From assembly GCA_977017575.1 (NCBI GenBank), contig CDRNVI010000023.1, positions 310,001 through 374,000 of the forward strand: a DNA stretch of 64,000 nucleotides, given 5' to 3'. This stretch comes from Paramoeba atlantica. Lineage: Eukaryota > Protista > Discosea. This document shows positions 1-10,729 of this stretch, in pieces (the first letter of the stretch is position 1; the number at the start of each line of letters is the position of its first letter). The notes beneath the pieces are model-generated. The model was not told the origin of the DNA. It saw only the letters and a program-made list of their open reading frames with translations, and searched no databases. Position numbers and translations under genes: made by a program.

Positions 1-501
1 GTGGAAGAGTTCACAATCTGACTCCTCCGTCAGAATGGCCTGGAATTCCACCTTTACCAGTACAGAGTCAAGAAAGAGTTGAGAGAGGCATGGGGAGTCG
101 TAAGTTCTTATCAAACACTGGTACGGGCTTCGCTTCCCTTCACCCTTCTCCCCACCATCTTCAGCAGCACTCGATTCCTTCGGTGCCTTGCGCTCGGCTT
201 TGGTGGCGTGCTGCCGCTTCAGCACTATGCCAGCTATGGCCAGCAGAAGCTCTCCCGTAATCTTTTTATGAGCAGAGTTGCCCTCTTCCGTTAAATTAGC
301 AACTTTCAACTTTTCTCCCTGGGGAACCACATCACCAACCGCTTCTAGCACGGCAGAAGGGAAATTCAGGGCTTCTGCCCGCTTGCTGTGCCTTGCTTCG
401 AAAAGTGGTTGAAGAAGCATTTTGTCTTTGATTTTCAGTATTACGTATTTTCGAATGAGGCTGAACTCCCCTTCAAGGGCATCCACCAACGTATCAATCA
501 T
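1..501 (-). CDS. Partial ORF of unknown function running off the window start (possibly TE-derived)
   Basis: My translation from the minus-strand ATG at 501 (MIDTLVDALEGEFSLIRKYVILKIKDKMLLQPLFEARHSKRAEALNF...) has no stop down to base 1. It is antisense to the host genes and shows no recognisable domain. Confidence 0.3.
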   Translation of the reverse strand, partial: MIDTLVDALEGEFSLIRKYVILKIKDKMLLQPLFEARHSKRAEALNFPSAVLEAVGDVVPQGEKLKVANLTEEGNSAHKKITGELLLAIAGIVLKRQHATKAERKAPKESSAAEDGGEKGEGKRSPYQCLIRTYDSPCLSQLFLDSVLVKVEFQAILTEESDCELFH

Positions 502-804
502 GAGGAAAAAATAGAACTACCGAGAGTATAAACCTAGGGACACGATAAGTCACCCCCCTCTAAATTTTGTGAAGTCTTCGTTTGGGCTAATTTTTGTTGC
601 ATTTTGCGGATCTCGGTGATGCTTGTTTGGGGTTTGCTTGTTGGGATTGCTTGTTTGCGTGTTTCGGTGTACGCAAATTAAGTTCAGACTCAATTTTTCT
701 CTTAAAACTACCTCTCTATCCTCGATTACCATTGGAAGACGCTTTCGCAATATTTTTTTTGTAAACGACTCCTTAAGTGATGAAAATGTCATGGAATAGA
801 AATG

Positions 805-861
805 CATTAAGGGGTAAAAATGTCATTAAGGGGTAAAAATGTCATTATGGGGTAAAAATGG
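805..861. repeat. 3 x 19-bp tandem repeat
   Basis: CATTAAGGGGTAAAAATGT at 805 and 824, with a variant copy at 843. Confidence 0.9.
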
Positions 862-944
862 CCGGGGAGCGGGGTTGGGTGTGGGCCTTGAAGGCACTCC
901 CGATCGCTCTCCCTTTGTAGTGAGGCCGCCAGGTTGCAAGTTTT

Positions 945-1009
945 GTCGATAGCGGGAATCGAACCTGCAGGTTGTAAGGCCCACCGTCTGCCAACTACGC
1001 CCGCACCGC
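945..1009 (-). pseudogene. Degenerate tRNA-like sequence (box A/box B)
   Basis: The minus strand has a D-arm-like CGT-AGTTGGCAG-ACG and a T-arm GCAGG-TTCGATT-CCCGC with box B GGTTCGATTCC. The anticodon region is about 7 nt too short and the acceptor stem pairs poorly. Confidence 0.35.
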
Positions 1010-1177
1010 AGTTTAGTAGTTTTTTGAACTATTTTCGTTATTTTTCGGAATTTTTATTGTACCTGTAGCCAATTATTGTGCCGCGGGGGTACATTAACCC
1101 GGACGGGTGTTTAATTGGGTCAACCGGAATTAGTTGCAAAGAAAAAGTCAGTAAAGTATTTTTTGGGCCTAAAATTA

Positions 1178-2155
1178 ATGATTTCACGTACGCGACTGTC
1201 AGACGTAGAAGCGCGGCCCACAAAGAAACGAAAAATAGATGACGGAAAGAAATCGTCTGTAGGGCAATTATCGGGAACAGATCTTCCGAAGTCGAATGCA
1301 ACAAACTGTAGGCCAGTGGTTACACGGAAGGGCAAAATCAGTAGAATCACATTACCCCAAGAATATACGTTAGAAGCTTTGGTAAGCGGACTGAGTGTGA
1401 AGCCAGAATGCTGGACCACTGAAACACCGGCTTGTGAGTGGACTGGAGTCTACTGCGATGAGGGTGGAAACGTTGAATCAATCCACTGGTCCTGGACACA
1501 TCTAGTAGGTTCACTTGATTTCGAACATATTCCCGCTACTGTGAAAGAGTTTGGAGCATTTTACTGTGGCCTCTCAGGTGACGTGAGTTTTGCAAATATT
1601 GCCACGGGAAGTTGCTTACACAGTTGCGTACTCAGCGATAACGCTCTGACCGGGTCGTTAGATCTGACTTTGCTTCCTGGTAGTATGAATGTGCTCAATT
1701 TAATGCGCAACTTTTTGACTGATTGTATATGTCTCGTAACTTTACCTCCCAACTTAGTGGAACTAAAACTTTCGTATAACGTACTGTCAGGAAAATTGGT
1801 ATTAACCAAACTACCCGGGACTCTTAAGGAGCTTCTCTTGGATCACAACGCGTTCGAAGGAAACGTAGATTTGCACCAACTCCCCCGTGTCATGACACAT
1901 CTCTTTTTGCATGAAAATAAGAAATTAAGGGGAAATTTGAGAGTGGCAAAGCTTCCTGTGGGAGTTCTTGACCACCTTGAGGAAGTATGGATGGGCACCT
2001 GTATATCCCTTGAGCGAGTCGCGTGCTCCTGTGTGCGGTCTTTTTTCAGTTTTGTGCAGAGTTTTTGGTTGGGTTTGCCTGGGTTTGCATTTTACTGGTT
2101 TCAGCCCTCTTACATTGCGCCCCAAGAAAAGGAAAGGAAAGAAAATTTCTCTTGA
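1178..2155 (+). CDS. Leucine-rich repeat protein (LRR-1)
   Basis: First ATG at 1178. It has the W..ETPACEWTGVYC cap, repeated LxxLxLxxNxLxGxL units and an N-terminal PTKKRKID. The C-terminal tail looks like read-through into repeat DNA. Confidence 0.85.
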   Translation: MISRTRLSDVEARPTKKRKIDDGKKSSVGQLSGTDLPKSNATNCRPVVTRKGKISRITLPQEYTLEALVSGLSVKPECWTTETPACEWTGVYCDEGGNVESIHWSWTHLVGSLDFEHIPATVKEFGAFYCGLSGDVSFANIATGSCLHSCVLSDNALTGSLDLTLLPGSMNVLNLMRNFLTDCICLVTLPPNLVELKLSYNVLSGKLVLTKLPGTLKELLLDHNAFEGNVDLHQLPRVMTHLFLHENKKLRGNLRVAKLPVGVLDHLEEVWMGTCISLERVACSCVRSFFSFVQSFWLGLPGFAFYWFQPSYIAPQEKERKENFS

Positions 2156-2182
2156 ATTGTAGTAACCCGGTCCCTAATATTT

Positions 2183-3148
2183 TAGGCTCTTCGTTAAACG
2201 AGGTGGTTGTTTTCAATTTAGAAGTTACTCATGCTGCGCGCTTAGCGTTGAAAACTACCACCGCGTTGAACGAAGAACCTAAAAAAGAAAAATGGCCAGG
2301 AAAGCCGAAGAAACTGGAAGGATTTGAGACAAAAATAGCCGATTTCTGGGGTAAAAATATGGGAATTTGTGTATTTTTGCTCTAAAATCGATATTTGCGT
2401 GCGGGAAATCACTCGTAGGCATGAATTCAAGGATACGATCAATAGCACGAAATTTTTTTGAAAAAATTATTTTTCGAAACAAACCCGCAGAAGCGGTAGC
2501 CGGGGTCTTGGCGCGCATTTTCCACTCCCCTACCCGGGGGTGACCCCCCCGCGTATCCGCAGGACGGGTCCGCCAAGTTCGGATTTTTTCGGAAAAAAAA
2601 ATTGAATAAAATTGCAACTTGGCGAAAAAAATAGCAAACAAATTATTATATATTTTTCCAAAATCGTTTCCCCTATTGTATTTTGAGAGTTTGTGACCTA
2701 TACTAGCTTTCTCCGCAGCTGTATTCGCAGGCTATCTCTTCTTCGAGCCGTGGTATGCCCGCGAAAATGGCCCATTTTTGACTAAAAAAGGTGAAAAAGT
2801 ATTTTTCGGACCCCAAGGGACCTTTTTGGGTCGAAAAAATGGTGTGGTTGGAGTCGTATTCTCTACCCAATACGTTTGGTAGGCTTTCATTCCTGCCTAC
2901 GAGTGATTTCCCGTACGCAAATGTCGGATTTAGTGCTCTGAGAGGTAAAATACGCAAAAATGGCCCCATTTTTACCCAAACATCGGCTATTATCATCAAC
3001 ATCGGCTATAATCATTCTGTTTTCTTCAGCTTTCCATACCAAATTTTCTTTTTTAGGCTCCTCGTTGGTGGTAGTTTTCAACGCGAAGCGCGCAGCATGA
3101 GTGACTTCTAAGTTGAAAACAACCACCGCGTTTAACGAAGAGCCTAAA
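2183..3148. mobile_element. Symmetric composite of the hairpin-ended element family (two large-hairpin ends in inverted orientation)
   Basis: Large hairpins at 2183-2281 and 3053-3148 lie in opposite orientation. The segment 2282-2440 is the approximate reverse complement of about 2880-3052. The middle matches the type-1 body at 60340-60900. Confidence 0.8.
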
Positions 3149-3569
3149 TTTGTAATGCATATAGCACATTTATAATGCTATATGCACTATAAATGTGCTA
3201 TATGCATTAGCAATGTGCAGCTTAATATGCATTATAATGTGCGGGTGCCAGGGCTTGATCATGACTGCAGAAGAAAACGGAATCGCCTACATCTGTTCAC
3301 CCTGTCCAAGTTTCAGTAGGCCTTTCCCGAAACCTTTCGTGGAGTCTTCTACAGTCCAGATTGTTGCCTCGCCACATTTTTTGCCACACCACCCGTCAGT
3401 AAAGTCCACTGTTCCACTAGGCAGCCGTATTCTGTTGCTTTTTTTGAAAAAATAAAAATAAAGTTTTTTAAAGTTTTATAGTAAAATAAAGTCAATAAAG
3501 TACTGTTTAGTAACTTTATTCGCAAACAAAAACTTTATTTTACTTTACTAAAGTTTCCGCGAATCCTGA

Positions 3570-4037
3570 AAAATAAACCATTTCGATAGGCGTACCACGG
3601 CTCCAAGAAGGGGTATCTTGCCAAAACAACCTCGTAGAAAGCCAGATAGCCTGCGAAAACAACTGCGGAGAAAGCTAGTATAGGTCCCAAACTATCAAAA
3701 TACAATAGGTGAAACGGTTTTGAAGAAATATTTTTGTTTACTTTATTGTTAAAGTGTGAGAAATTGGTCTCTTGAAAAATGTGAAGAAAGTGATAATCCA
3801 TCTATCGGATGCACGCATTTGAGAGCCTTGGTTCCATGCTATAACGCGCAAAGTCTTTGTGTTGGGAACAGCAAAATGCAACAAAAATGAGCTCAAACGG
3901 ACACTTGGCTGAAAAGTTAGAGGGGGGTGACTTTTTGCTGTGGGGGGGTTATTGCTGTGTTTCTCTTTATAATTTATTTTAACTGTTTCTATTCACTTTT
4001 TAATCGAGGGTAGAGCGATAGTTATACAACCACCGCA
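3570..4037 (-). mobile_element. Fragments of the hairpin-ended family (type-1 body piece and 5' small hairpin)
   Basis: 3570-3735 is the reverse complement of body sequence at 2660-2770. 4001-4037 is TAATCGAGGGTAGAGCGATAGTTATACAACCACCGCA. Confidence 0.7.
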
Positions 4038-4743
4038 AATTTTGCAGCTATGTTCACAAGGTAATTAAGTGCCAAGCTTGCACGCCATCCATCAGTTCTG
4101 GCCACTGAGCGTCCCAGTGGCCAAATTTAGCACATGCCAGTCATTATAGACTCCGATCGATTTGTTGGGTTCTTTAAAAAGGTTTTCTATGCCTGATCGA
4201 TCACTTTTGTTATCTCCAAATGATACAACTCGCGCGAAGTATAGCTTGACTTGCCCCGCTCGGGTGCCAGTCACGCACACTTCCTGTAGGATGGAAGGTC
4301 GGACGTTCCCTTGCAGGAGAATTAAGTGTACCTGTATTTTTTGTCATTACTTAGCTTTCCATTCTTTTCTTGGTTCATTTTTTGTTTGTTTGTTTGTTTG
4401 GTACAGGAGCGCCTGCAATTCCCACGTGCAGACGCCACAAGTACCACTCCGGCTCCCGACTGATTCCATGTACGGGGACGCAAGGCTCTCCCAGGGCGCT
4501 TCACCAGTGACACTGTACACTATGTAGTGAGCCTACTACACCCCCGTTCAGAAAAAATATTACAAAAGTTTTGAGAGCATGGAAAGAGCTTTTTAGTAGT
4601 CTTTTTCGTAGTTACTCGGATACGTTAGGATAACAACGGAAAAATAGTCAGAATTCATCATTTTGCAGTACGACCAAAAAAAATATTATCTTAAATTTTT
4701 ATCTGAAAATTGTCTACTTTCTGGGATTTGTTCTTATTTTTCA

Positions 4744-5694
4744 ATGTCACAAACGGACTCAAATCTCTCTGCGGAGAGTCTTTTCGTGTCTTCCGCAACG
4801 GATACAGACTGGGAAGCTTCTGAAACGGAGTATAATTCATCTTGCTCGACTACGGGGGATTCTGAAGAATCCGAATCTACCTACCACGAAAGTGGTTCAG
4901 ATATCGCTTTCGTTGTAGGTGAAGATATCGATTCGGAAAGTTGCGATTCCGAAGATACATGTATGACTCTCCCCTTTCTTTATCAAAAATCGAAACTGAA
5001 GCACCATTCAACGAAATGTATAGCGGATCACACTTTTCAAGCAGATCTATTAGAAATCACTCAGAGCATATCGAATCACTTGGCATCCACTTTAGAATCC
5101 CCCGCCTTAGAACCCCCAGAACTACAGATTCAGCAAAGTGGAGAAGTTCAGAAGACGTCTTCCGAAGTTTGTCTCGCACTCAGAGACTGCAACGAACCCC
5201 CGGACGTACAGGTGATGGAGCGAAGGGCAGTTGAGATTACCGGTGATTCGTTGGAATCCCCTTCCGAAATTGAGGCTTCTCATTCAACCACACCTTTAGT
5301 CACGCATAAAAAAAACAATTCGTTCGCTAAATCGAACTGTGCAGGCACAGAGAAATGCGATAAAGCGTTTAAAGAAGAGCCTGCGGATTCAAAGGGGGGT
5401 TATGCATCTGAGGAACGAGAGGCTCGTTCAAAAGAGTTCGTCCGTGTTTCTGTACTCGAATCTGACGAATGCAGGATAAGGTGCCAGATGCTTAGGCACG
5501 AAGTTCTTGAATATTCTCATAGACTTGATTCCCTAAAAAACTCATATTCTACACTGTTTGGAGAGCAGCAGCGAATTCTACGAAGCATGCGGGAGTTAAG
5601 AAAACAGATGGTCGAGGGGCCTACTGGCTTGGCTTTTATTTTTCCCCGCAGTGCATCGCTGATCAAGAAGAAATTCGTAGAAATCAGCGCATAA
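4744..5694 (+). CDS. Hypothetical acidic Ser/Glu-rich protein with a predicted C-terminal coiled coil
   Basis: 316-aa ORF from ATG 4744 on the host strand, with a heptad-like segment RHEVLEYSHRLDSLKNSYSTLFGEQQRILRSMREL. Confidence 0.6.
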   Translation: MSQTDSNLSAESLFVSSATDTDWEASETEYNSSCSTTGDSEESESTYHESGSDIAFVVGEDIDSESCDSEDTCMTLPFLYQKSKLKHHSTKCIADHTFQADLLEITQSISNHLASTLESPALEPPELQIQQSGEVQKTSSEVCLALRDCNEPPDVQVMERRAVEITGDSLESPSEIEASHSTTPLVTHKKNNSFAKSNCAGTEKCDKAFKEEPADSKGGYASEEREARSKEFVRVSVLESDECRIRCQMLRHEVLEYSHRLDSLKNSYSTLFGEQQRILRSMRELRKQMVEGPTGLAFIFPRSASLIKKKFVEISA

Positions 5695-6499
5695 TCACGT
5701 TTGTGGAGACAAAGGGACAGGAAGAATTTTCTCCAGAAAGTGCAGATCAACCTTTTGTACCTTAGTCCTCCCTTCATTACTCTATCATAGACTATGGGCG
5801 CTTAAGCAAATATTTATCGTTAATATCTCATAATTATCATCCTCGTTTATTCGCAATCTATCCTTACAGCGAAACAAATTGGTTCATCCTATCAGCTAAA
5901 GTGCTGTATATCACCCTCCTTCCACCTACCCTCTCTCATTAATTTTAATAAATATAAATTTTCATTTTTGTTATAATTTATATTTATAAAAATTAATGAG
6001 AGGGGGAGTACACTCTTTCTGAATGTCTGGACGGAGAGGTGAGGTGCCTAGTAACTTCAGTGCCTGGCATGCAAAGGGAATATGAGCGAAGTCGGAACTC
6101 ATTATTTTTATTCCCCCAACGTTTTGTAGGGGACAAAGAGGATCCCGATCATTCGCAAATGAACCTCGACCACGCCAAGCCGTGATTCCTTCATTGTGAT
6201 AAACATCCCCGCTTAAATCAGTGTCGATGAAGGAGTGCGCAATCATTCCTTGATATAGATTTTGAAATATGAAATGTGTTTATAAGTATGGAAGATGTGG
6301 CACAATTCGTCGTAGGCGTTCGTAGAACGCTCCTCATCTTAAACTAATGGAGTAGTATGTACACGGCGTGTAGAACAGTGGAGATGTGCAGTGACTGCAT
6401 CGAATAATTTAATTTTGTTCATTGTTTCAGCAATGTCGTACAACATGATTATGTCATGCTCCACAGATCTCCTGGATTACAAAATAAAGTAATTCTTTG

Positions 6500-6690
6500 T
6501 TAGGCTCTTCGTTAAACGCGGTGGTTGTTTGCAACTTAGAAGTTACTCATGGTGCGCGCTTCGCGTTGAAAACTACCACCGCGTTTAACGAAGAGCCTAA
6601 GAAAGAAAATTTGGCCTGGAAAGCCAAAAATATCCTATCTTCAAAAAATGTGGTCATTTTTGGGTATTTTTGCTCTCAGAGCACTAAATG
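6500..6690 (-). mobile_element. 3' end fragment of the hairpin-ended element
   Basis: 101-bp hairpin at 6500-6600, followed by the family subterminal sequence. Confidence 0.8.
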
Positions 6691-7121
6691 CCGGCGTTGG
6701 TAATACCTTCTCAGGATAATAGCAAAGCCACGTTTTCTCAGCCTCGGAAATGGAGCTTGCTTGCCTGAAATGATGAATATAACAAAAACATCAATGTCAG
6801 GTACTTCCCCTGAATAAAAGGGGGATGTTTTCATAGGCTAGTGATCTTTCGGGCAGCGAGCTGACAGAAAGGCTAGCAAATGAGAACTGTTTCACTTATA
6901 CCTAATAGGTTCTACTTAATAGGTAGCTGCCCACTACAGTAACCTTCATTTGCGGGTAACGGGATGGTCTTCTTGATGGGAACTGTTGACAAAATGTTGT
7001 TACAAAGGAGATGAAATACGTTATTTAAAACTATGAGGTTGAATAAAAGGCATATAAACAAAAATTCAATATACGCACGTCTAAATTAACGAATCGTTTT
7101 TTGTTTTTGTTTTGCGATAGA

Positions 7122-7554
7122 TTACGTTCGAAACTGCACGTGCAACTGTGCTTGTTGCACGGCATTAACCATTAACGCGTGATCCGTGCACAATCCTTTC
7201 TGTTGACGTGTAAGAGAATTTGCCGGATTTTCTTTAGAAGAAATGTAAAAGACATTAAAGCTCTTGCTATGAGTTTCTTGAAATTCAGAAAGTAACGTCA
7301 GTTGATCACATATTTCGTGCCGTACCGACGTTCGTCTCTGCAAAGCCCGTACAACATCCGTGTTGTCACACCCCAAAAGCACGTGGAGCCCGTAACCACC
7401 CGGAGTGTAAGGCATCGACTGCAGTTTCAAACTCCAAGGCGTATATATCGCATTTTTTAGAGACTACTCGGCTAACTTCCTCAATTATAGTATGATTGGG
7501 GTGAAGAACACAATAGCCCGTGTAACTCAAAGAAGCATCAGAGAAAGCTACCAC
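7122..7554 (-). pseudogene. RNase H domain of a DIRS/VIPER/TATE-type pol
   Basis: Motifs VAFSDAS, DIYALEFETAVDAL and LLGCDNTDVVRAL, spread over two frames. Confidence 0.7.
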
Positions 7555-8725
7555 GTGATGTGATGGGATGGTTGGAGGGTTTCGAGGTTGGAGGGATTCG
7601 GCTTATTGGCCACCACGCGAGATAAAGCGTCGGCAACGGGTTTTTCCTCCTTTTGTGTGATTGGATAGTATTTGTTTCCGACACAGCGTGCAAGACGTTT
7701 GCTGATTACTCTGATCTCGTAAATGCCAGCGAATGGAAAATCACTGACCAAAGTGTCCCAAACTACAATTCCAATTAGATGTTGCAAGAAACGCACTGTA
7801 GTGCAGCATCCTACCGAGAGTTGTGCCCAACGCTCAACGTTGGATACGCAATGTTTCCAATGCAATTTTTCCTCCACCCACCAATACGTGATCCCTAGGA
7901 ACGTGCCGGAAGATTGAGGTGGTTCCAGGTATTTCCACACAACACCACATCCTTTAGGTGGGGGCTTGGAGCAAGATTGCAATTTACGAAAGAGCTCCGT
8001 GAGAAATCCACCTCTATTTGAAACCACAAAAATATTATCATACCATACAAAAACAACGCCGATATTTTCCTCTTTGCTAATTTTTCGGATCCACACATAA
8101 GAAGGAAATGTACTCTTCCCTCCACCATCGATTCGTACCCCTGCGGTAGGATGGTTAACACTATTGCCCAAATTAAGCACTGGGAGAAATATGGGGCCCA
8201 AGAAAACCCCATAGGTAGCACTTTAAGTGTGAAAACCCTACCAGCGCATTGAAATGATACATAATTTTCTATTCTTGAGGGAAGGGGAATTTGGTGGAAG
8301 CCATGCCGCATATCTTCAGATAACATTTGTGCCTTAGAAAAACATGATATTGCGAATCTAATTTCCTCTAAAGGTGGTAAGTTCGCTGACAGGGGTTTCT
8401 TGCACAATGCATTTATGAGAGTATCATCAAAGATGCTGCGCGAGAAAGAGCAAGTTTTTGAAATTGCAAAATACCTTAGAAACACTCGAGAAACTCGGCG
8501 TGGATCTTTGATTTCCCTCAGGACTCCGCAGTTCACCAAGTCGAGCAGATGCTGTAGCCATTTTCTCTCTGAGTGCGAGCCGTGGCGGCTTTTGATAGGT
8601 CCCAGTCCGACCATTTCCATGAAAAAAGAACCATTTAGAAGAGCTTCGGACGTGTCCACTGCCCACTGATAACCAAATTTGCGCGCCATTGTATTGATGT
8701 GAGATATTTGAAGAACTCCAGACAT
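7548..8725 (-). pseudogene. Reverse transcriptase domain (DIRS/VIPER/TATE type)
   Basis: EDMRHGFHQIPL, VLPMGFSWAPY and, after a frameshift, VFVWYDNIFVV and GTFLGI. Confidence 0.85.
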
Positions 8726-9055
8726 AGTGATAGGATCTAGGGGAAGAGTCTTTTGAACTCGGTCTCCTAGTCGGACATTTTCCTCCGGAGGAGAGGAGTA
8801 CTATGTATAAGTCTATAATGTAAGAGGAGTATTATGTTGAGTTGTATTCATACGATCGATGTATACTGTTGATAACGCCTTGACAACTTTGTATTTTATT
8901 CCTCTCGATTTCGTGACTGTTAATGAGAAGAAACAGTCGCCCATTAGTAAAGATAAAATTCTTTGTTTTATTCATTCTTGTAGACATCGTAATACAGTAT
9001 ATAGTTTCTTCTACATAAGATTTGGGTGGGATCGGGTTAAACTGCATTGACTCGT

Positions 9056-9790
9056 TCAGTAGTTTAATGGAAGCGAAAATATAATTAAAGGAAATGCAAG
9101 CGCCCCATGGGGTACGCGCTGAAGTATCGAGCGAATTACAGTTTCTCCTTTTTGACTCAGTGGTTTAAACCTCGGTTTGTTAGACGTTACCTTCCTGGAC
9201 TTGTCGCATCGCAGAAGCAGATGAGCCGGACTTGCACCGCACAAGTCTCCCCCTCGTACGAGTTCCACCTCGCATGATCGTAGTGCTGCGTGGAACTGAA
9301 CTTGGACAGCATCACCGAGCTGCTTCCCATCTGGTAGAGCTCTCAACCACACAACCAGGTGACTTAACATACTTTCTGATATAAAACCACGTGGAGGTAT
9401 ATATAAAACCACGTGGAGGTACCGGAGTTCAATGTTCCTTGAAGAGCACACAGCTTCATCGCGAATCCAAAGTCTCCGCTTTGCGGGGCCACAAGCGCAC
9501 GGCGAATCGCTTGACCCCCCCGAGAGCTGTCGCCACTCCCACCATGAGCTGAAGCGCGCTCAAAAATGTCATCAATGCCATGCTTAACATGGCATTCTGA
9601 CCTTAACATGGCAGACTGCGCCGGAAATCGCATCAAGGATCTCGGGCCGCAAGGTGACCCCCATTCGTTTCATTGAACAGAGGCTCAGAAATGCTTGGTG
9701 AGCGTCTCCGATTCCTGAAATTGAGTCGGGAACCAAGTTCGGAAGAGCGTCGGGCATAGGTACTCAAAGATAAAATAGGATAGTAACTTT
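9056..9790 (-). pseudogene. Tyrosine recombinase, frameshifted and 3'-truncated
   Basis: Box-I-like QFHAALRSCEVELVRGGDL with the catalytic Arg, and LRCDKS downstream. The frameshift coincides with a duplicated TATAAAACCACGTGGAGG near 9380-9420. Confidence 0.6.
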
Positions 9791-10244
9791 CAGTCTCCTT
9801 GAAAACAAAAACATGTCATTTTGTTCGCTGCATGCTTAGCTTTTATTCACCTGATGATCACAATGACTTATATGATTGAATTGTCCTTTTCCATTGACGA
9901 ACGAAATTAATTGAATTAATTTCGTTATAGCCACATTTGATTGTCTTCACAATGTGTATAGTCTTCGAACTCATTGGAAGAGACGTCAAAAAACGGCGAA
10001 CCATTACCCAACATATCATTCACTACCTCGATATCAGGGGGCGTCAGAAGAAAGGAACCATCTTCACGACGTGCTGTCCACTTGATAAACCGGGGATTCA
10101 ACCATTGAATGGTCTCGAAAAAGTTACAGACATGCTCGCGGCGGAGGCGGGCTCGATGACGCTGGAAGGCATCTGATGTGATAGGCTCCGCTTGTAAGTA
10201 CCCTTCAAGTTCAAAAACACAAAAACAAAATATGTTTTAATTAG

Positions 10245-10429
10245 TACTATCCCCCCTCCCCTTAAGCGCACCCGGTCAGATCCCCCCTTTTAAGCGCACA
10301 TAGAGTTGAAGGGAAGAGACCGACGCCGCGAAAGGGCGCCAAATTTTTTTTACGTAGTGATTCAGACCCCCCCCCGTTTAAGCGCACTTTTCAGTGAAAA
10401 CGAGGTGCTCTTAAACGGGGGGGACAGTA
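10245..10429. mobile_element. MITE with TA|CT(A/G)TCCCCCC ends
   Basis: Ends TACTATCCCCCC and GGGGGGACAGTA. Internal TTAAGCGCAC occurs three times, plus one inverted variant. Confidence 0.65.
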
Positions 10430-10729
10430 TTTTAAATAGTACTAATTTTAGCATCTACATTCTAACCTTCAGGACAATTTCGTGCCACCCAAGAAATCGT
10501 CACCAGGAATACACCTGTAGGTTGGTTCAGTTGGTTCAATCGTGGTTCATTGAACCAAAAGGTGTGTACTATAGGACCAGGCCTCGGGGGGGGGGGTGTA
10601 AACCGCGGTTTCGCGCGGGTTCGTCGCGAGTTCGCTGGACACCACCCGCAGCCCCTCAAATATCGAAAGCGGGAAATTATGGCCCAAAGGCTTTTCTTCT
10701 TCTTTCTCAATTTTGTTTAACGAAGTCTT

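Larger units (their letters stand above)
7122..9790 (-). mobile_element. Degenerate tyrosine-recombinase retrotransposon, VIPER/TATE-like (YR-RT-RNase H)
   Basis: Frameshifted minus-strand ORFs run in the order YR (9056-9790), RT (7548-8725), RNase H (7122-7554). Confidence 0.8.

Noticed and set aside
2183-2188. TTAGGC/GCCTAA hairpin ends as telomeric repeats
   Set aside because: They are single units, not tandem TTAGGG, and the TTAGTGG variant breaks the resemblance.
5445-5455. GTTTCTGTACT as another SL copy
   Set aside because: It is a partial match inside an intact ORF and lacks the ACA prefix and the TTG|GT junction.
5971-6246. Minus-strand ORF with DPLCP as a YR C-terminal fragment
   Set aside because: One short motif only, with no HxxR or catalytic Tyr context.
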